A stretch of DNA of 64,000 bases, taken from Octopus sinensis. Lineage: Eukaryota. Below the pieces are notes generated by a model. That model had not been told where the DNA came from. It saw only the letters and a program-made list of their open reading frames with translations, and searched no databases. The first letter of the stretch is position 1. Every line of letters starts with the position of its first letter. Position numbers and translations under genes: made by a program. The stretch is from contig NC_043019.1 of the NCBI RefSeq assembly GCF_006345805.1, positions 16,677,360 through 16,741,359 on the forward strand. The letters are read 5' to 3'. Below, in pieces: positions 11,922 through 27,497 of this stretch.

Positions 11922-12270
11922 TCTTTCACTTGTTTCAGTGTTCAGACTATGGCCATGCTGGAGCACTATCTTTAACAATTTTTAGTCAAAAGTATCAACT
12001 CCAGTACTTATTTCTTCAAATCCTGGTATTTATTTTATTGATCTCATTTACTGAACCACTAGATTACAGGAATGTAAGCACACCAGCCCCAGTTATCAAG
12101 CAGTTGAGGGGGACAAAGACATGCACATACGATGGGCTTCTTTCAGTTTCCATCTACCAAATCCACTCACAAGGCTTGGGTCAGCCCAAGGCTATAGTAG
12201 AAGACACTTGCCCAAGGTACCACACAGTGGGACTGAACCTGGAACCATGTGGTTGGGAAGCAAGCTTATT
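11922..12270 (-). mobile_element. SINE family A copy
   Basis: Homology to 53392-53800 across both modules. Confidence 0.85.
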
Positions 12271-12780
12271 CTTGACCCAACAAGTCTGAGAATACAAATT
12301 AGCAATTGTTCCCAAGTGTTACCATATTCACTTGCTTGAAGTTTCAATGAGGTTTTATTTTAGATTTTAAAACATGAAAATTGTATCCTAGAGCCAGGAG
12401 CAGTTTCAGACGGGTTGGTATAAAAAAAAAAAGGTTGAAAAATTGCATTCATATGAAAAGGATTTAACAACTGCATGGTCATGGCTGGAACACCTATGTG
12501 TTATTAGTTATTAAAGCACAAAATTTTACAAGATATTTGCTCTTAGAACCTTGTGTGCAGCACAAACTGATGATATTTGGTAACACATCATCATCATGGT
12601 TTACATATAAGTAAACCAAAATTCCAATTCCAGTTTGTGTTTTGTATTTATTTCTGACGCGTTTCCCTGCGAAACAGCAAACACTCTGAAGCAATCTAAT
12701 CGACATTTAATATATTATCACTATTGTAGAGAGTTATAACATTTATCAGATTTGGGATCTGGTCTGAACATTAAAAAGGT

Positions 12781-14688
12781 TAAGAACTGCTGAACAGGAT
12801 TACAAGTTGCATAAATCAGACACCAACAGGAAGAAGCGGAATAAATCTTCCAACCATCTCAAGCAAGTGACAAAAAACGCAGTGCTTGAATTTAAACAGT
12901 GCATAGCAGCCAATCCTGACAGCAAGGTTTTCTGGAAATATGTGCATTCGAAGCAGAGACCTCACTCTCCAGTGGGCCCTCTTCGCAACCCTCACACAAA
13001 CCAGATCACTGATGACCCCAAGGAATGCGCAGAACTCATTGCCGAGTGCTATGCAAACATATTCACTGTTGAAAGTCAAAATGTACCATCTTCACCATCT
13101 CTAACAGCAAATTCCATAACAACTATGGAATTTACACCTGCAATGCTGTGACGTCACCTTCAAAATAAGCGCAACTATGCCTCCCCTGGTCTTGATGGAG
13201 TTACATACCTGCTTCTCAAACGTGGCAGGTACTTCCTTTTACACCAGCTCTCTACTTTCTTCCAGTACTGTCTCAACAATGGTGCTACTCCGGAACAGTG
13301 GAAAACTGCCAGTGTCATTCCTCTGTTCAAGAAGGGCGACTGCACATCACCTGTCAACTATCGCCCAGTCAGTCTCACTAGCTGTATTGCAAAACTGATG
13401 GAATCGTGTGTCAGAGAAACACTTTGGAACTTCTGGAGCTCCACACGTCTCATCCGACCCTCACAATATGGATTTGTCCCTAACTCCAGCTGCAGTGATC
13501 AGCTTGTCGAGTTCCTTGAGGACATTACTCAGATCACTGACAGTGGCTCATGGGTGGATGTTGTCTACTTGACTTTGCTAAGGCTTTCAACTCTGTGCCA
13601 CACAAAAGGCTTTGGTGAAACTCTCTGCAATGGGTGTGAGGGATGACCTTTTTAACTGGTTGAAGTCCTTCATTCTCAACCGAAAGGAGGTAGTCACAGT
13701 TCTAGGACAGCATTCTACACCAATGAGATGTCATCGGGTGTACCACAGGGATCTGTCCTGGTCCCCTCTTGTTTGTGGCATACATTAATGACATAGATGC
13801 AAATTTAAAGAATGCCACAGTATTGAAATATGCAGACGACATCAAGCTGTACCTTAAATCAAGAGGACAGTCCTGTTGTCTACAGCTCTTTCCTGCAATC
13901 AGACCTGGACCACATGCAGCAATGGATCAGACTGGCACTGAAACTGGCTGTGGACAAGTGTACCACCATGCATTTTGGGAGAAAAAACCCTGCGTCCACA
14001 TACTCCCTCCACAACACTGATATCAAGAAATCCTCTGCAGAGCGTGACCTAGGCATCACTGTCAGCAGTGATTTGCGTTGGACAAAGATATCTCTAAAAT
14101 TGTCAAGAAGGCCGAGGTGTCTTGGCCATCACTCAGCAAGACTTTTGTTAGCCACTCTCCAGCCATCTATTTAAAACTGTATACAGCTATGGTACGACCA
14201 CACTTGGAAATTCGCATCATCAGTTTGGAACCCCTATCTTGCTCAGAACATTGACCTCCTGGAATCTGTTCAGAGAGTGCAACCAAACGCATACCCTCCA
14301 TCAGACACTACCATATTCTGAGCACCTTGTTTCCCTGGGCATGGATTCACTGAAGCTCGGCGTCTGGCGCGGACTTGACTTGGTAAACACCCACAAAGTT
14401 GTCAACCACCTCACCAATAACAACACTGAACACCTTTTTGATCTTCATGTGTCCAACACAGTGGACATGCCTACAAAGTCAGAAAACAACACAGCTCCCA
14501 TGACTTTCGGAAACATTTCTTCACACTCAGAGTTGCTGAAGCATGTTGTTGACTGCCATGACACTGCATCCTTTAAGGCCCTCATGCTTTCCGAAATCCG
14601 TCGAAACTACACCTGATTATATATACACTTTCGATGAGTTGTAGTGCACCTGAGCACTGTACACAATGTTTATTATTATTATTATTAT
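12781..14688 (+). mobile_element. CR1-clade LINE, 5'-truncated, RT domain with frameshifts and stops
   Basis: KVFWKYVHSK, SPGLDG, WKTASVIPLFKKGD...NYRPVSLTS, GVPQGSVL, KYADDIKL and a CR1 C-terminus; (TAT)n tail ending at 14688. Confidence 0.95.
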
Positions 14689-16635
14689 AGCCGCAGGAGT
14701 GGCTGTGTGGTAAGTAGCTTGCTTACATGGTTCCAGGTTCAGTCCCACTGCATGGCACCTTGGGCAGGTGTCTTCTACTATAGCTTCAGGCCTTGTGAGT
14801 GGATTTGGTAGATGGAAACTGAAAGAAGCCTGTCATATATATATATACATATACACACACACATACATATATACACACACACATATACACACACACACAC
14901 ACACATATACACACATACACACACATATACATATACATACATATACATACACACATACATATACATACATACACATACATACACATACATACATACACAT
15001 ACATACGTACACATACATACATACATACACATACATACATACATATACATACATACATACATACATATACATATACATACATACATACATATACATACAT
15101 ACATATACATACATACATATACATACATACATATACACACATACATATACATACATACACACACATACATATACATACATACATATACACACATACATAT
15201 ACATACATATACACACATACACATACACACATACACATACACACATACACATACACACATACACATACACACATACACATACACACATACACATACACAC
15301 ATACACATACACACATATACATACATACATACATACATATACATACATACATATACATACATACATATACATACATACATACATACATACACATACATAC
15401 ATATACATACATACATATACATACATACATATACATACATACATACACATACATACATACACACATACACACATATACATACATACATACACATACATAC
15501 ATACACATACATACATACATATATATACATACATATATTACAATACATATATACATATAAATATATACATATACATATATATACATATATTATATACATA
15601 TAGATATACATATACATATATACATATAATATACATATATATATACATATACAATATACATATATAATACATATATATATACTAGACATATACATATACA
15701 TATATACATATACATAGTATAATATATATATACATATATATATACATATCTATATATATATACAGTATATATACAATATATATATATAATATACATATAT
15801 ATTACATATATATATACATATACACTATACAATATATATACATATATATATACATCTATATATACATATATATATACATACATATACATATACATATACA
15901 TATATAGATACATATATATATACATATATATATATACTCTATATACATATATATATACATATATATACATATATATACATACATATGATATATACATATA
16001 TATATATATATTATATAATAGATATATATAACTATATATATATATATATATATATTATATACTACATACATATATATATATTATATACATACATACATAC
16101 ATATATATATATATACATACATACATAATTCATATATATATATACATACATACATAGATATATATTATATATACATACATAACATATATATATATATATA
16201 TACATACATACAGCATAATATATATAGCTATAACATACATAACATATAATAAGATATATACATACATACATACTATATATAATTTATATACATACATACA
16301 TATATATATATATTAGATATACATACATATAATATATAATATACATACATACATATATATATATATATTATACATAATACATATATATATTATATATACA
16401 TACATAATATAATATAGATTATACATACATACATATATATATAATATTATACATACAATACATATATATATATACATACATACATACATATATATATATA
16501 TACATACATCATATTATATATATATATACATACATACATACATATATATATATATACATACATACATACCATATATATATATATACATAATACATATATA
16601 TATTATAATACTACATACATAATATATATATATAT

Positions 16636-16666
<31 letters not shown>

Positions 16667-17058
16667 CATACATATATATATATATATACATACATACATA
16701 TATATTATATATACATACATACATATATATATATATATACATACATACATATATATATATAATACATATAATATATATATATATATAATATATATACATA
16801 ACATACATATACATATACACATATATATATATACATACATACATATACATACATACATACATATACATACATATACACATATATATATATACACATATAT
16901 ATATACACATATATATATATACACACAATATATATACACATATATAATATATATACAATACACATAAAACAAATATATACACATACATATATACATACAT
17001 ACATATATACATATACATACATATATACATATACATACATATACATACATATACATAC

Positions 17059-17101
<43 letters not shown>

Positions 17102-17652
17102 CATACATACACATATATACATACATACATATATACACATATATATACACACACATATATATACACACATATATATACACACATATATATACACACATAT
17201 ATATACACACACATATATATACACACACATATATATACACACACATATATATACACACACACATATATATACACACATATATACATACACACACATATAC
17301 ATACACATACATATATATACATATACATATACATATATATACATATACATATATATACATATACATATATATACATACATACATATATATACATACATAT
17401 ACATATACATACATATACATATACATATACATACATATAATCAATACATACATATACAATACATATATATCATATATACATATATACACAACACACACAA
17501 CACACACCACACACACACACACACACATACATACATACAGATATACATACATATATATATACATATATACATATACATATATATATACATATATACATAC
17601 ATATATACACATATATATATACATACATATATACACATATATATATACATAC

Positions 17653-17697
<45 letters not shown>

Positions 17698-18088
17698 CAT
17701 ATATTTATACATATATATCTATACATAATATATATACATATTATATATACATATATATATAATACATATTATAATCTATACATATATATATATACATATA
17801 TATACATATATATATATATAATTATATATATATATATTATATATACATATACATATATATACATATACATATATATACATATACATACATATACATATAT
17901 ATACATATAATACATATATATATAATATACATACATATATATATATATATACATACATATATATATACATACATATATATAATACATACATATATATATA
18001 CATACATATATATATATACATACATTATATATATATACATACATAATATATATACATACATTATATAACATACATACATACATACATA

Positions 18089-18126
<38 letters not shown>

Positions 18127-19319
18127 ATATATATATATACATATATATATATTATACATATATATATATACATACATATATACATATACATACATATAAT
18201 ATATATACATATACATACATTATTATATATACATACATATATACATTACTACATAATATATATATACATATACATACATAACATACATATATATATACAT
18301 ATACATACATATATACATACATATACATACATATACATACAATATATATACATATATATATACATACATATATATACATATATATACATACATACATATA
18401 TAATACATTACATATAATATACATATATATACATACATATACATACATATATAACTACATATATATATACATATATTATACATACCATATATATACACAT
18501 ATATATACATACATATATATACATACAATATATATAATATAATATACATATATATACATACATTATATATATATTATATATATACATTATATACATACAT
18601 ATATATACATACAATATATACATACATACATACATAATATATACATACATACATACATATATATATACATACATACATACATACATATATATATACATAC
18701 ATACAATACATACATACAATATACATACAACATACACTACATACATATATACATACATACATACATACACATATATATACATACATATATACATACATAT
18801 ATATAATATATATACATAAATATATATATATATATACATTACATATATATATATATAATACATACATATATATATATATATACATACATATATATAGTAT
18901 ATAATACATACATATATATATATATATACATACATATATATATTATAACATACATTATATATAATATTATACATACATATATATATATAATACATACATA
19001 TATATATATATATACATACCATATATATATATATATACATATAATATAATATATACATACATATATATATATATATACATACAATTATATATATATACAT
19101 ACATATTATATATATCTATACATACATATATAATATATATAAATAATATATATATATATATACATACATTATATCTATATATACAGACATATTATTATAT
19201 ACATACATATATATATATATATACATATATATATACTATACATTATATATATACTACATATATATATATATAACATATATATATATACATATATATATAT
19301 ATACATATATATAATATAC

Positions 19320-19368
<49 letters not shown>

Positions 19369-19730
19369 CATATATATATATATACATATATATATAATAT
19401 ACATATAATATATATATATACATATACATATATAATACATATACATATATATATACATATACATATACATATATATATATACATATACATACATATACAT
19501 ATACATATACATATATATATGTGTGTGTGTGTTTGTGTGTGTCTTTGTCCCTCCAACATCGCTTGACAACCAATGCTGGTGTCTTTATGTCACCGCAACT
19601 TAGCAGTTTGGAAAAAGAGAACGGTTAGAATAAGCACTAGGCTTACAAAGAATAAGTCCTGGGGTTGATTTTCTTGGCTAAAGGCAGTGCTCCAGCATGG
19701 CCACAGTCAATTGACTGAAACAAAAGAGTA
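14689..19730 (+). mobile_element. Single SINE family A copy split by a ~4.7 kb expanded internal microsatellite
   Basis: 5' module 14689-14834 and 3' module ~19521-19730 are collinear with the two halves of 53392-53800. Confidence 0.85.
14835..19520. repeat. Giant compound (AC)/(AT)/(ACAT)n microsatellite
   Basis: Almost G-free plus strand with A at nearly every second base. Confidence 0.99.
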
Positions 19731-22329
19731 ACCACTGGGGTCAAAATGGGGTTTTAGTGATGAAAGTCATTTTACAAAATCCTTCCAAAACCATTTTTTT
19801 GTTTGTTTTTTTTAATCAAGATGAGCTGCTTATTTCTATTGGAAAATAATCATGAAAGGGTTAAATAATTTTAATTTTTTTAACTCCTGATTAGGGAGTC
19901 AAAGTGAAGAGAAAGAAAAACACCCAAGAAAATAAGATCAAAAAAAAAAATGTGAGGCAGAGCTGTGGATCTCAACCACATGGATCAGGATTCAATACCA
20001 CTGTTTGGCACCTTAGGCAAACAGCCTTCAGCTGACCTAAGCTTTTGTGGGTTTGGTTGATGAAAATTGTGTAGAAATTTGTGTTTGTTCTCTTAACATG
20101 AGACAGCTGTAAATAAGCCTACCCCTCATACAAGCGATGTTGATTGTTTCCAGTCTTCCATGGGGAAATATTACTTTGCTTAGAAACAAGAAGGGCATTG
20201 GCTATGGAAAAGCAGGCATTAAATGATGATTGAATTTAGGATCTCAGAAATAAATATTCCAGAAAGGATTTCAGTTCAAATTACTTTATTTTTGATAAAA
20301 AATCAATTGGGATAAAATCCAATTAAATTTAAAACCTCAAAAACGATAAAATTACTTCCAAACAACAGTTTCTTTGAAATTTAACAGCAAGAATGTAAAA
20401 GAATTGAAAAGTTTTATTTTACTATTTTTCAAAAATGGTAAACTGGAATGGAATGTAAAAGTCAATCACCAATTACTTTCAACAAAATGGATTTGTAATC
20501 ACCGCCGCAGTCATTGCTAACCATCTCAGCAAGTGGCTTTTCATACAATGCTTGAAATTCATCTTTTATGTCTTGCAGATCAACCTAAAGGAAGAAAGGA
20601 TAAATATGTAAAAAAAAAAGTACAATGTTTGGAAGAATCGGGTCAGATGAGAGACAATCAAAACATTAGAAAAAAGGATCTCAGAGAAAGAAAAAGGATG
20701 ACATGCTACATCTTGTGGTATTTCTCTTTGAAGACAGAACTTTTTCCAAAATAATTCTAGATTTAATAGAATAGTTTAATTAATAAAAGATGTAAAAGTA
20801 ACTTTGGAACCAAAGTTTTATAAAGGCCTACAAGTTTTCTGAAATACTTCATTAGAAATATTAATGATATTGTTAACTTACTAATGCCAAAAAAGAATTT
20901 AAAACCTGATACAAATAATGTCCAGAGAAGATGTCAAATATTGCCCAGCCAGCAATATTAGATATTTATGGTTAGAGGAGTTGGTTATCAGGAGGAATTC
21001 TAAGACAGTTCCAATAATTTTTTTGCAATTGACTTTGTAATAGAAAATGGCAATTCTGAATTTAGTGTCTAATATGAAATGTTAGACAATGCTTAAGACC
21101 AACTTCTGCTACAGTATCTGGAATATTTAGGTATACTACTATATTCAAACTTTATGGCCAACTGTCAGAGTTGCATTATTTCTTCTTAATTAGCTTCTAA
21201 ATTTATTATCATCTTCATAAACTACGTAACTAGTTAACAAGAGAGATTTCCATGTAGGTGTTCCCTTTTGCTTGCTATAACTAAGTCTCCCCTAAACACC
21301 CCCCCCCCCCCGATTTATTAGATTCAGTATAAATAATAAATATACACTGAATGTTGTCAAATGGTATGTTTCCTGTAGGATCTAGAAATGTTGCTGGTAC
21401 AGCTGAAGGTTTATTGGATGTTGCAGTTACAAATCTTTTGGGTGATTTCCAGCCTGTTTTAATGTTTTATCAACAAAAACTATTTTGTGGGGAAAATAGA
21501 AACGGACGGTTTGATGTGCTGCAAGAACAAATGAGGTGTTACTACCAAAACAGGAAATGGCATTAGAAAAAGTTCAGTTCGTTTACTACAAACTATCATC
21601 ATTTAACATCTGACAGGAGTTAGATTTGTTGGATCCGTCTTGTGCTCCAACATCGACTTTGGCATGGTTTCTGCAGCTGGATGGCATCCCCAACATCAAC
21701 CATGTAACATATTTTGTTTATAAGTGTATATTTTAATTCTATTAATATTTAAAATGGTTGATTGCTTTCCAATAACTCTTCCATGAAAACTTTAGCAATA
21801 AAAACATACTTTGTTGATGTCTTTTACACAATATTTTAAATATAGATTCTGAATTTTGTCCAAATAGAAAATATTCCTTCTATTGTAAAATCTTAAGTAG
21901 ACATGCTTAAATAAAATGGTTTTAGAACAGAACAGAAGATTCAAAAGGAACAGAGAAAATGATTTAGAAATATTTACTACAGAAACTCAGGTAAAATTTA
22001 AATATTAGTACCAATATGATATTCATGCAAAAAATACAAACTGTAAGCTTCTACAAAAGAATTTGACTGCATGCAGCTAAGAGAGGCAAACAAAAACAGT
22101 ATTGTTATTGTGTATGAGGAAACTAAGAGAATCAGGGAGTCAAAAAGAGGAATTTCACACAGAATAAACAAGGGAAAATAAAATTCAACTCAGAAATAGA
22201 GAAATAGGAAAGAAAAAAAAAAACAAACAAAAACACACACACCTTTCCATAAAACACCTGCTTGTTTGTTCTTACACCTGTCTTTGACTTATTTTTCTAT
22301 AAATTTCAACATTATATATATATATATAT

Positions 22330-22461
22330 ATATATAGGGAGAATTCATGAAAAAAACGAAAGACGAAGACAGGTGGTGTAGAATACAAGCAGATGTATTA
22401 GTATAGCACTCAGGAATTGAAAAAGTACATTTCGAGACTACACACTCTTCCACAGAAAGGA

Positions 22462-22465
<4 letters not shown>
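22330..22465 (-). mobile_element. Small repeat between (AT)n tracts, possibly a Penelope pLTR remnant
   Basis: Minus strand ctgtggaagagtgtgtagtctcgaaatg resembles a degenerate hammerhead core; embedded in (AT)n. Confidence 0.35.
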
Positions 22466-22495
<30 letters not shown>

Positions 22496-23102
22496 ATATA
22501 TATATATATATATATGGTGGGGGTTTTTTTTTACAATTCCCTGAGACAATTAGCAACATACCTCAATAAAATATTGTGACAAATACTAAATGTATTGTTT
22601 AAATACATTGAAATGACAACAGTAATGATGTTCAGTGATTAAAACAGCAGACCCAGTTGGTTGAATCATGGACCTACCTGAGTAATATCATCACCACCAC
22701 CTGAAATCAACTGATTAAAATGATGTCAGCCAACACATCAGGATAAAGAAACCAATCAAAATACACTTGGCCCAGGAAATCCCTTTTCTTGTGAAGAGGT
22801 TGAACAGGAGTTCATAATGTTGGCATTTTAATGTATTTAAGCATTAGAACTAGGAAAGCGTTTTCACTTCAACAACACTCATCGTTTGTAAAGCATGCAG
22901 AGAGGAGTTTTAATTTTAGTGTTAATGGATTAAGAAGAAAAGAAGATTAGTTTATCTTGAGAAACAAGGCAAGCTTAAAATTAAAAAATTGTGCCTACCA
23001 AAATATCTTCTGTGGATTTCTCTCATTCAGATAAAATCTTGCTCATCACAAACACACAATAACGAGAATACCTTTGCAGGTCTTAATAACCAGAACTGTT
23101 AT

Positions 23103-23492
23103 GTTTTTACTTGTTTCAATCATGAGATTGTGGCCATGCTGGGGCACTGCCTTGAAGAATTTTAGTTGAACATATCAACCTCAGTACTTACTTTTTTAAA
23201 GCCTGGTACTTTATCATTCCCTTTTGCTGAACCACTAGGTTACAGGGATGCAAACACACCAACACTGGTTTCAAGTGGTGATGGGGAACTAATACAGACA
23301 CAGAGAAACACACACACATAGATATATAAATACAACAGGCTTCTTTCAGTTTCCATCTACCAAATCCACTTACAAGGGTTTGGTCGGCCCAAGGCTATAG
23401 CAGAAGGTACTTGCCCATGATGCCATGCAGTGGGACTGAACCCAGAACCATGTGGTTGGGAAGCAAGCTTCTCACCACACAGCCATGCCTGC
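23103..23492 (-). mobile_element. SINE family A copy
   Basis: Homology to 53392-53800. Confidence 0.85.
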
Positions 23493-24089
23493 TTCCATAA
23501 ATATATTTAGTATTTATATTTTTCGAATTCTGGATTTTAAATTGCTTTTTTTATGTGAGGGATAGGAGCAGTGACTATCACCCTTGAAGTGATTCATGAT
23601 GAGATTCATGGAGATGTTCAACTTGAACAGCTAAAGCTTGGTGAAGGGAAAAAACACAAAGAAAGGACCCAGCTGACGTGACTGAAATATTTGCAGGAGA
23701 CTCAAAAGTCTCATGCGACCCACTGGACGGTTATGGTGGGTTTTTTTTTTGGTTTTTTTTGAAAGTCCTGCAGTTGGATCATATTATCATTTCTTTTCTC
23801 TGAATCTTTTTGAAGCTGGCACTCAGCCGGTGCCTATGCAATTATGGTCTGCTGCAATGTGTTTTGCCCTATATTTTATAAAGTCTTTTTTTTTTTTAAT
23901 CTTTTGACTTTTCCCCTTATCTCATACAGAGTTTCATCTTGTAATGAGAAAAAATAAAAGACTAAGCAAACGGAAAATGTAATTAACAAAACAGAAGATA
24001 CCAAACGAGCCACCAGTGGGTCAACAGTGACAAACACTATGTGAGCCTTGCTTCACTATATATGACAGAGAGAAAAAAACAACATGGAA

Positions 24090-24310
24090 CTTATTCTTTT
24101 CTACTCTAGGCACAAGGTTCGAAATTTGGGGAGAGATGGCCAGTCGATTACATTGACCCCAGAACGCAACTGGTACTTAATTTTTTTGACCCCAAAAGGA
24201 TGAAAGGCAAAGGTGACCTCGGCAGAATTTGAACTCAACACATAAAAACAGATGAAATACCGCTAAGCATTTTGCCCAGTGTGCTAATGTCTCTGCCAGC
24301 TCACCACCTT
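24090..24310 (-). mobile_element. tRNA-derived SINE family B
   Basis: Head ggtggtgagctggcag...gagttcaaattctgccgaggtc; shared gtaccag...ggggtc core. Confidence 0.8.
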
Positions 24311-24577
24311 ACATGGCACAATTAAGATATTGTATTGGGACTCGGAAGCAAAACAAGGAACGACACTCAAAAGCGGTGTTAAAGACAATGGCTGATCTTG
24401 TCAGAACCACATCAGCTATTACTCCACCATTAGCTATGATCCATGAATCTCACCAAGGCACTAAATGTAAGAGAAACCATTAAGTGTCACACTTATCATT
24501 TTGGTGACATTATAAAACTGAGGAATAGGATAATTCCTTAAAAATATAATAGACACAAAATTAATCCAATTTTGAAA

Positions 24578-24588
24578 TTTATTTTATT
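24578..24588 (-). terminator. Tandem AATAAA polyadenylation signals of the annexin (candidate)
   Basis: Plus strand tttattttatt = two overlapping minus-strand AATAAA hexamers ~135-145 nt downstream of the stop codon. Confidence 0.55.
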
Positions 24589-24721
24589 AATGTACTTTAA
24601 GAAAATACATTAATATTTGCTAATAATATCACAAATATTTCTTTCTTTTTATCAAAGCCATTGGCTGTGAATGAAAAACCTGATAGAGGGTTACTGTTAG
24701 GAAAAATTAATTTCTCTTTTG

Positions 24722-24841
24722 CTACTTGATAATCCTCAACAACAATCGTTTATAATCTCCACCACAGTCACTGTCAACCCATTCAGACAATGGTTGCCCA
24801 TAGATTTCTTGAAAGCACTCCTTTATATGTCCCAAGTCAAT
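24722..24841 (-). CDS. Annexin terminal coding exon
   Basis: ccttttcAG acceptor; IDLGHIKECFQEIYGQPLSEWVDSDCGGDYKRLLLRIIK*, the canonical annexin C-terminus. Confidence 0.95.
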   Translation of the reverse strand: MDLGHIKECFQEIYGQPLSEWVDSDCGGDYKRLLLRIIK

Positions 24842-27032
24842 CTGAAAAGGGGAAAAACAAGGGCAAGCTCAAAGCAAATTAAAATAAAAGAAATCTGTGA
24901 AAATATTGGCAGAGATAAAGATTTGAAACAATGCACACAGGATTCTGTTGCCCGAACTGTTGATAATATTATTACATGTCCAAACATTAATTCAGGGTTT
25001 CATCATCATCCTCCTCATCATCTCTGTTACTAGGCTCAGTAAGTGTCAATAAATGAAATTTTCAGATCTGGAATCTATAACTTCTGCTGATTAATAATAC
25101 AAAAAATACTATTATTATTACTCTTATTACTATAATCACCATTATTATTAGTATTATCATTGTTCTTGTTGTTATTACTATTATCATTATTATTATTAAT
25201 AGTATAATTGCTGTTGTTATTTAAAATATTATATTAAAAAGCTGTTAAAGCTAGTTCTTCCTCAATGGAGTGAACTTGGTCGTTTCATTCCATCTTATTC
25301 TGCACTTCATCAAAGCTTCGCTCCTTTAAATCATTTCAAATATAAATCCATAAATCATCTTTTTTCTCTTAATTTTCTTTTTCTCTATTGCCATGTCATC
25401 TGAATTTCTATGAGAATCTAAAGACATCAGTGTTGACCAACTGCAACCATGGAACCATACACAGCTGCATTCCTTGTTTGTTCATTTAACAAAAATCATG
25501 TCCACAAGAAATGCATTATGTGAAGTTTAGATATATTTACGTTTACTGAAAAAAATTAGTTTTGTCCGCAGGAAGGATGGCTGGGTTTATTTCCTTCATA
25601 GGCTTTTTGAGAGCAACACCATGTTCCTCTTGGATAGTGGAAAACTGAAAATCTGACTATATTTTTTTTAATTCAATGAGATAAAATATTCTTTGACTAA
25701 ATCCTAACTTCCACCAGAAGGTTCAATTTTCGTTGAGGTGTTGTGGCTGGTATGCCTCAGCCACCTTCAGAGCTATGCCAGTAGAGGACAAACTCCTTGT
25801 AGAGTCTTACAAGTGATGGACAGGTCAAAAGGGCAGACTAATGTGAACCACCTCTTCTCAGAGATAAAAATGGGTCTGTATAGGGTCCACATCCCTATCT
25901 AGAAAAAAGCAAAGTCACAGAAGCATTGATTACTGTTGAAAAACAAAAGGCCCTGGAAGAGGAAGGCCTTTCCACAGGGGAATAAATAAAGCAGGGCAAA
26001 AAAAAAAAATCAAAAAGGGAGCTGAAAGGAAGAAGAAGGATCCAACCGAAGAGAGATGCAGAGAAGAAGGACAAAGTTCGGAATAGTGGAGAAAAATGGT
26101 CAATAGTCTGAGTTCCATAGGGAACAAAGGTCTTGAGTAAACTCCAAATTAAAAAGTGCCTCTTCAATTTCAAATTCACTTGCTTTTGTAATTTATCTGC
26201 AGAATACAACTGTAAATACACTTCAGCGACAACAGAAAATTGGAACTTATTTAGGACTTGCCCATTCCAGTATTGATACAGTTAGATTCACTATAGACCG
26301 TATACTGCTGGCTGTTTGGCTCAACCTTATACAATATGGCAGTCCTGATATATTGTAACAGATTTTCAATTGTACAGAGAAAAGTTAACAGAAGTGAAGT
26401 GTTAGAGGTTTACCAGTAATTTCAATTGAAGAATGAAACAAAAACAGTTAAAGTGATTGGAAACAAAAATCTTCCAAATTTCTAGAAACATCATCAAGCA
26501 AAACTGCTTCTTTAAATTGATCAAGAATTAATGTGACTCAAATTTCAACTGAATAAATATCAGTTTTCTGAGACACAAAGCTTTGATCTTGGTCTTGGGT
26601 TAAAGTAACAATGTAAAGGTTCCACGACCAAACATTTCAAGCTACATGAGACTCAAAGCTACATGTCACTTATCCAATACACGAGAGCTAAACTTGACTT
26701 TTTTCCAACCTCTCACTACCCTACAACTCAAAACATTGGGCCATCATCACCACATCATCCTTGCCATTCTAGCACCATGACCACTACCAACATACACACC
26801 TTAAATGACTTTTACCTTCCCTCTTGTCAGAGTTGCACAACCATTCCTGCTTTGCCGCGTTGCAGCACAACCCCATTCACATTCATCAAAAGTTACCAAT
26901 GCCTTTTCCCCCGAGCCCTGCACTTGTCATATCTTCTCACACTCTTTGTACTTCCCATGCTTCACCTGAGAAACGTAGGCACTAAACCGCATCCCACTTA
27001 TCGTTTGAAAAGGAAAAGCACAGTTGACTTAC

Positions 27033-27145
27033 CTCACTCCTTGATACAATCACTCGAATGAGAGCGCTATCAGTGGTGCCTGCTCCTGACATGCTCTTGT
27101 GGAGTAGCTTCGCAAAATACTCGGTCAAATTAGTAGCTGCATCAA
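27033..27145 (-). CDS. Annexin exon 8 (repeat 4)
   Basis: acaacAG / GAG|GTAAGT; (I)DAATNLTEYFAKLLHKSMSGAGTTDSALIRVIVSRSE; 113 nt. Confidence 0.95.
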
Positions 27146-27497
27146 CTGTTGTAGAGAGAGGGAGAAAGAATTTAATGCTAATGAAAAATGGAGATGAGAA
27201 GAAGGAATACAAGTGAATATTGGATATATTTGGGGTTAAATTTACTAATCTCTCTTGGATCTCTAACAATGAACCTAAACATTTTACCTCCCATTGTATA
27301 CCAACAATATGACAATTGTAGAATATTAGTAGCACCAATGCTAGGAATTGAGGGTTTCAACACTGAATGATTTAGATACAATAAGAAGATCTTGGTGATT
27401 ATTGAGAAGAATCACTAAAATATTTCAGACAATTGGTGCCATAAAGGACTTGGAATTTCTGAGAGAAAAATTAGAGAAAATTAACATCAGTACTTAC

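Noticed and set aside
14768-19573. Dozens of long ORFs (up to 371 aa) rich in Y/I/H/T or M/Y/V/C
   Set aside because: Translation of the (AC)/(AT) microsatellite; stop-poor by composition, no protein signal
21351-21566. 71-aa ORF (MLSNGMFPVGSRNVAG...) in the intergenic region
   Set aside because: No recognisable family and no partner exons in frame; likely chance
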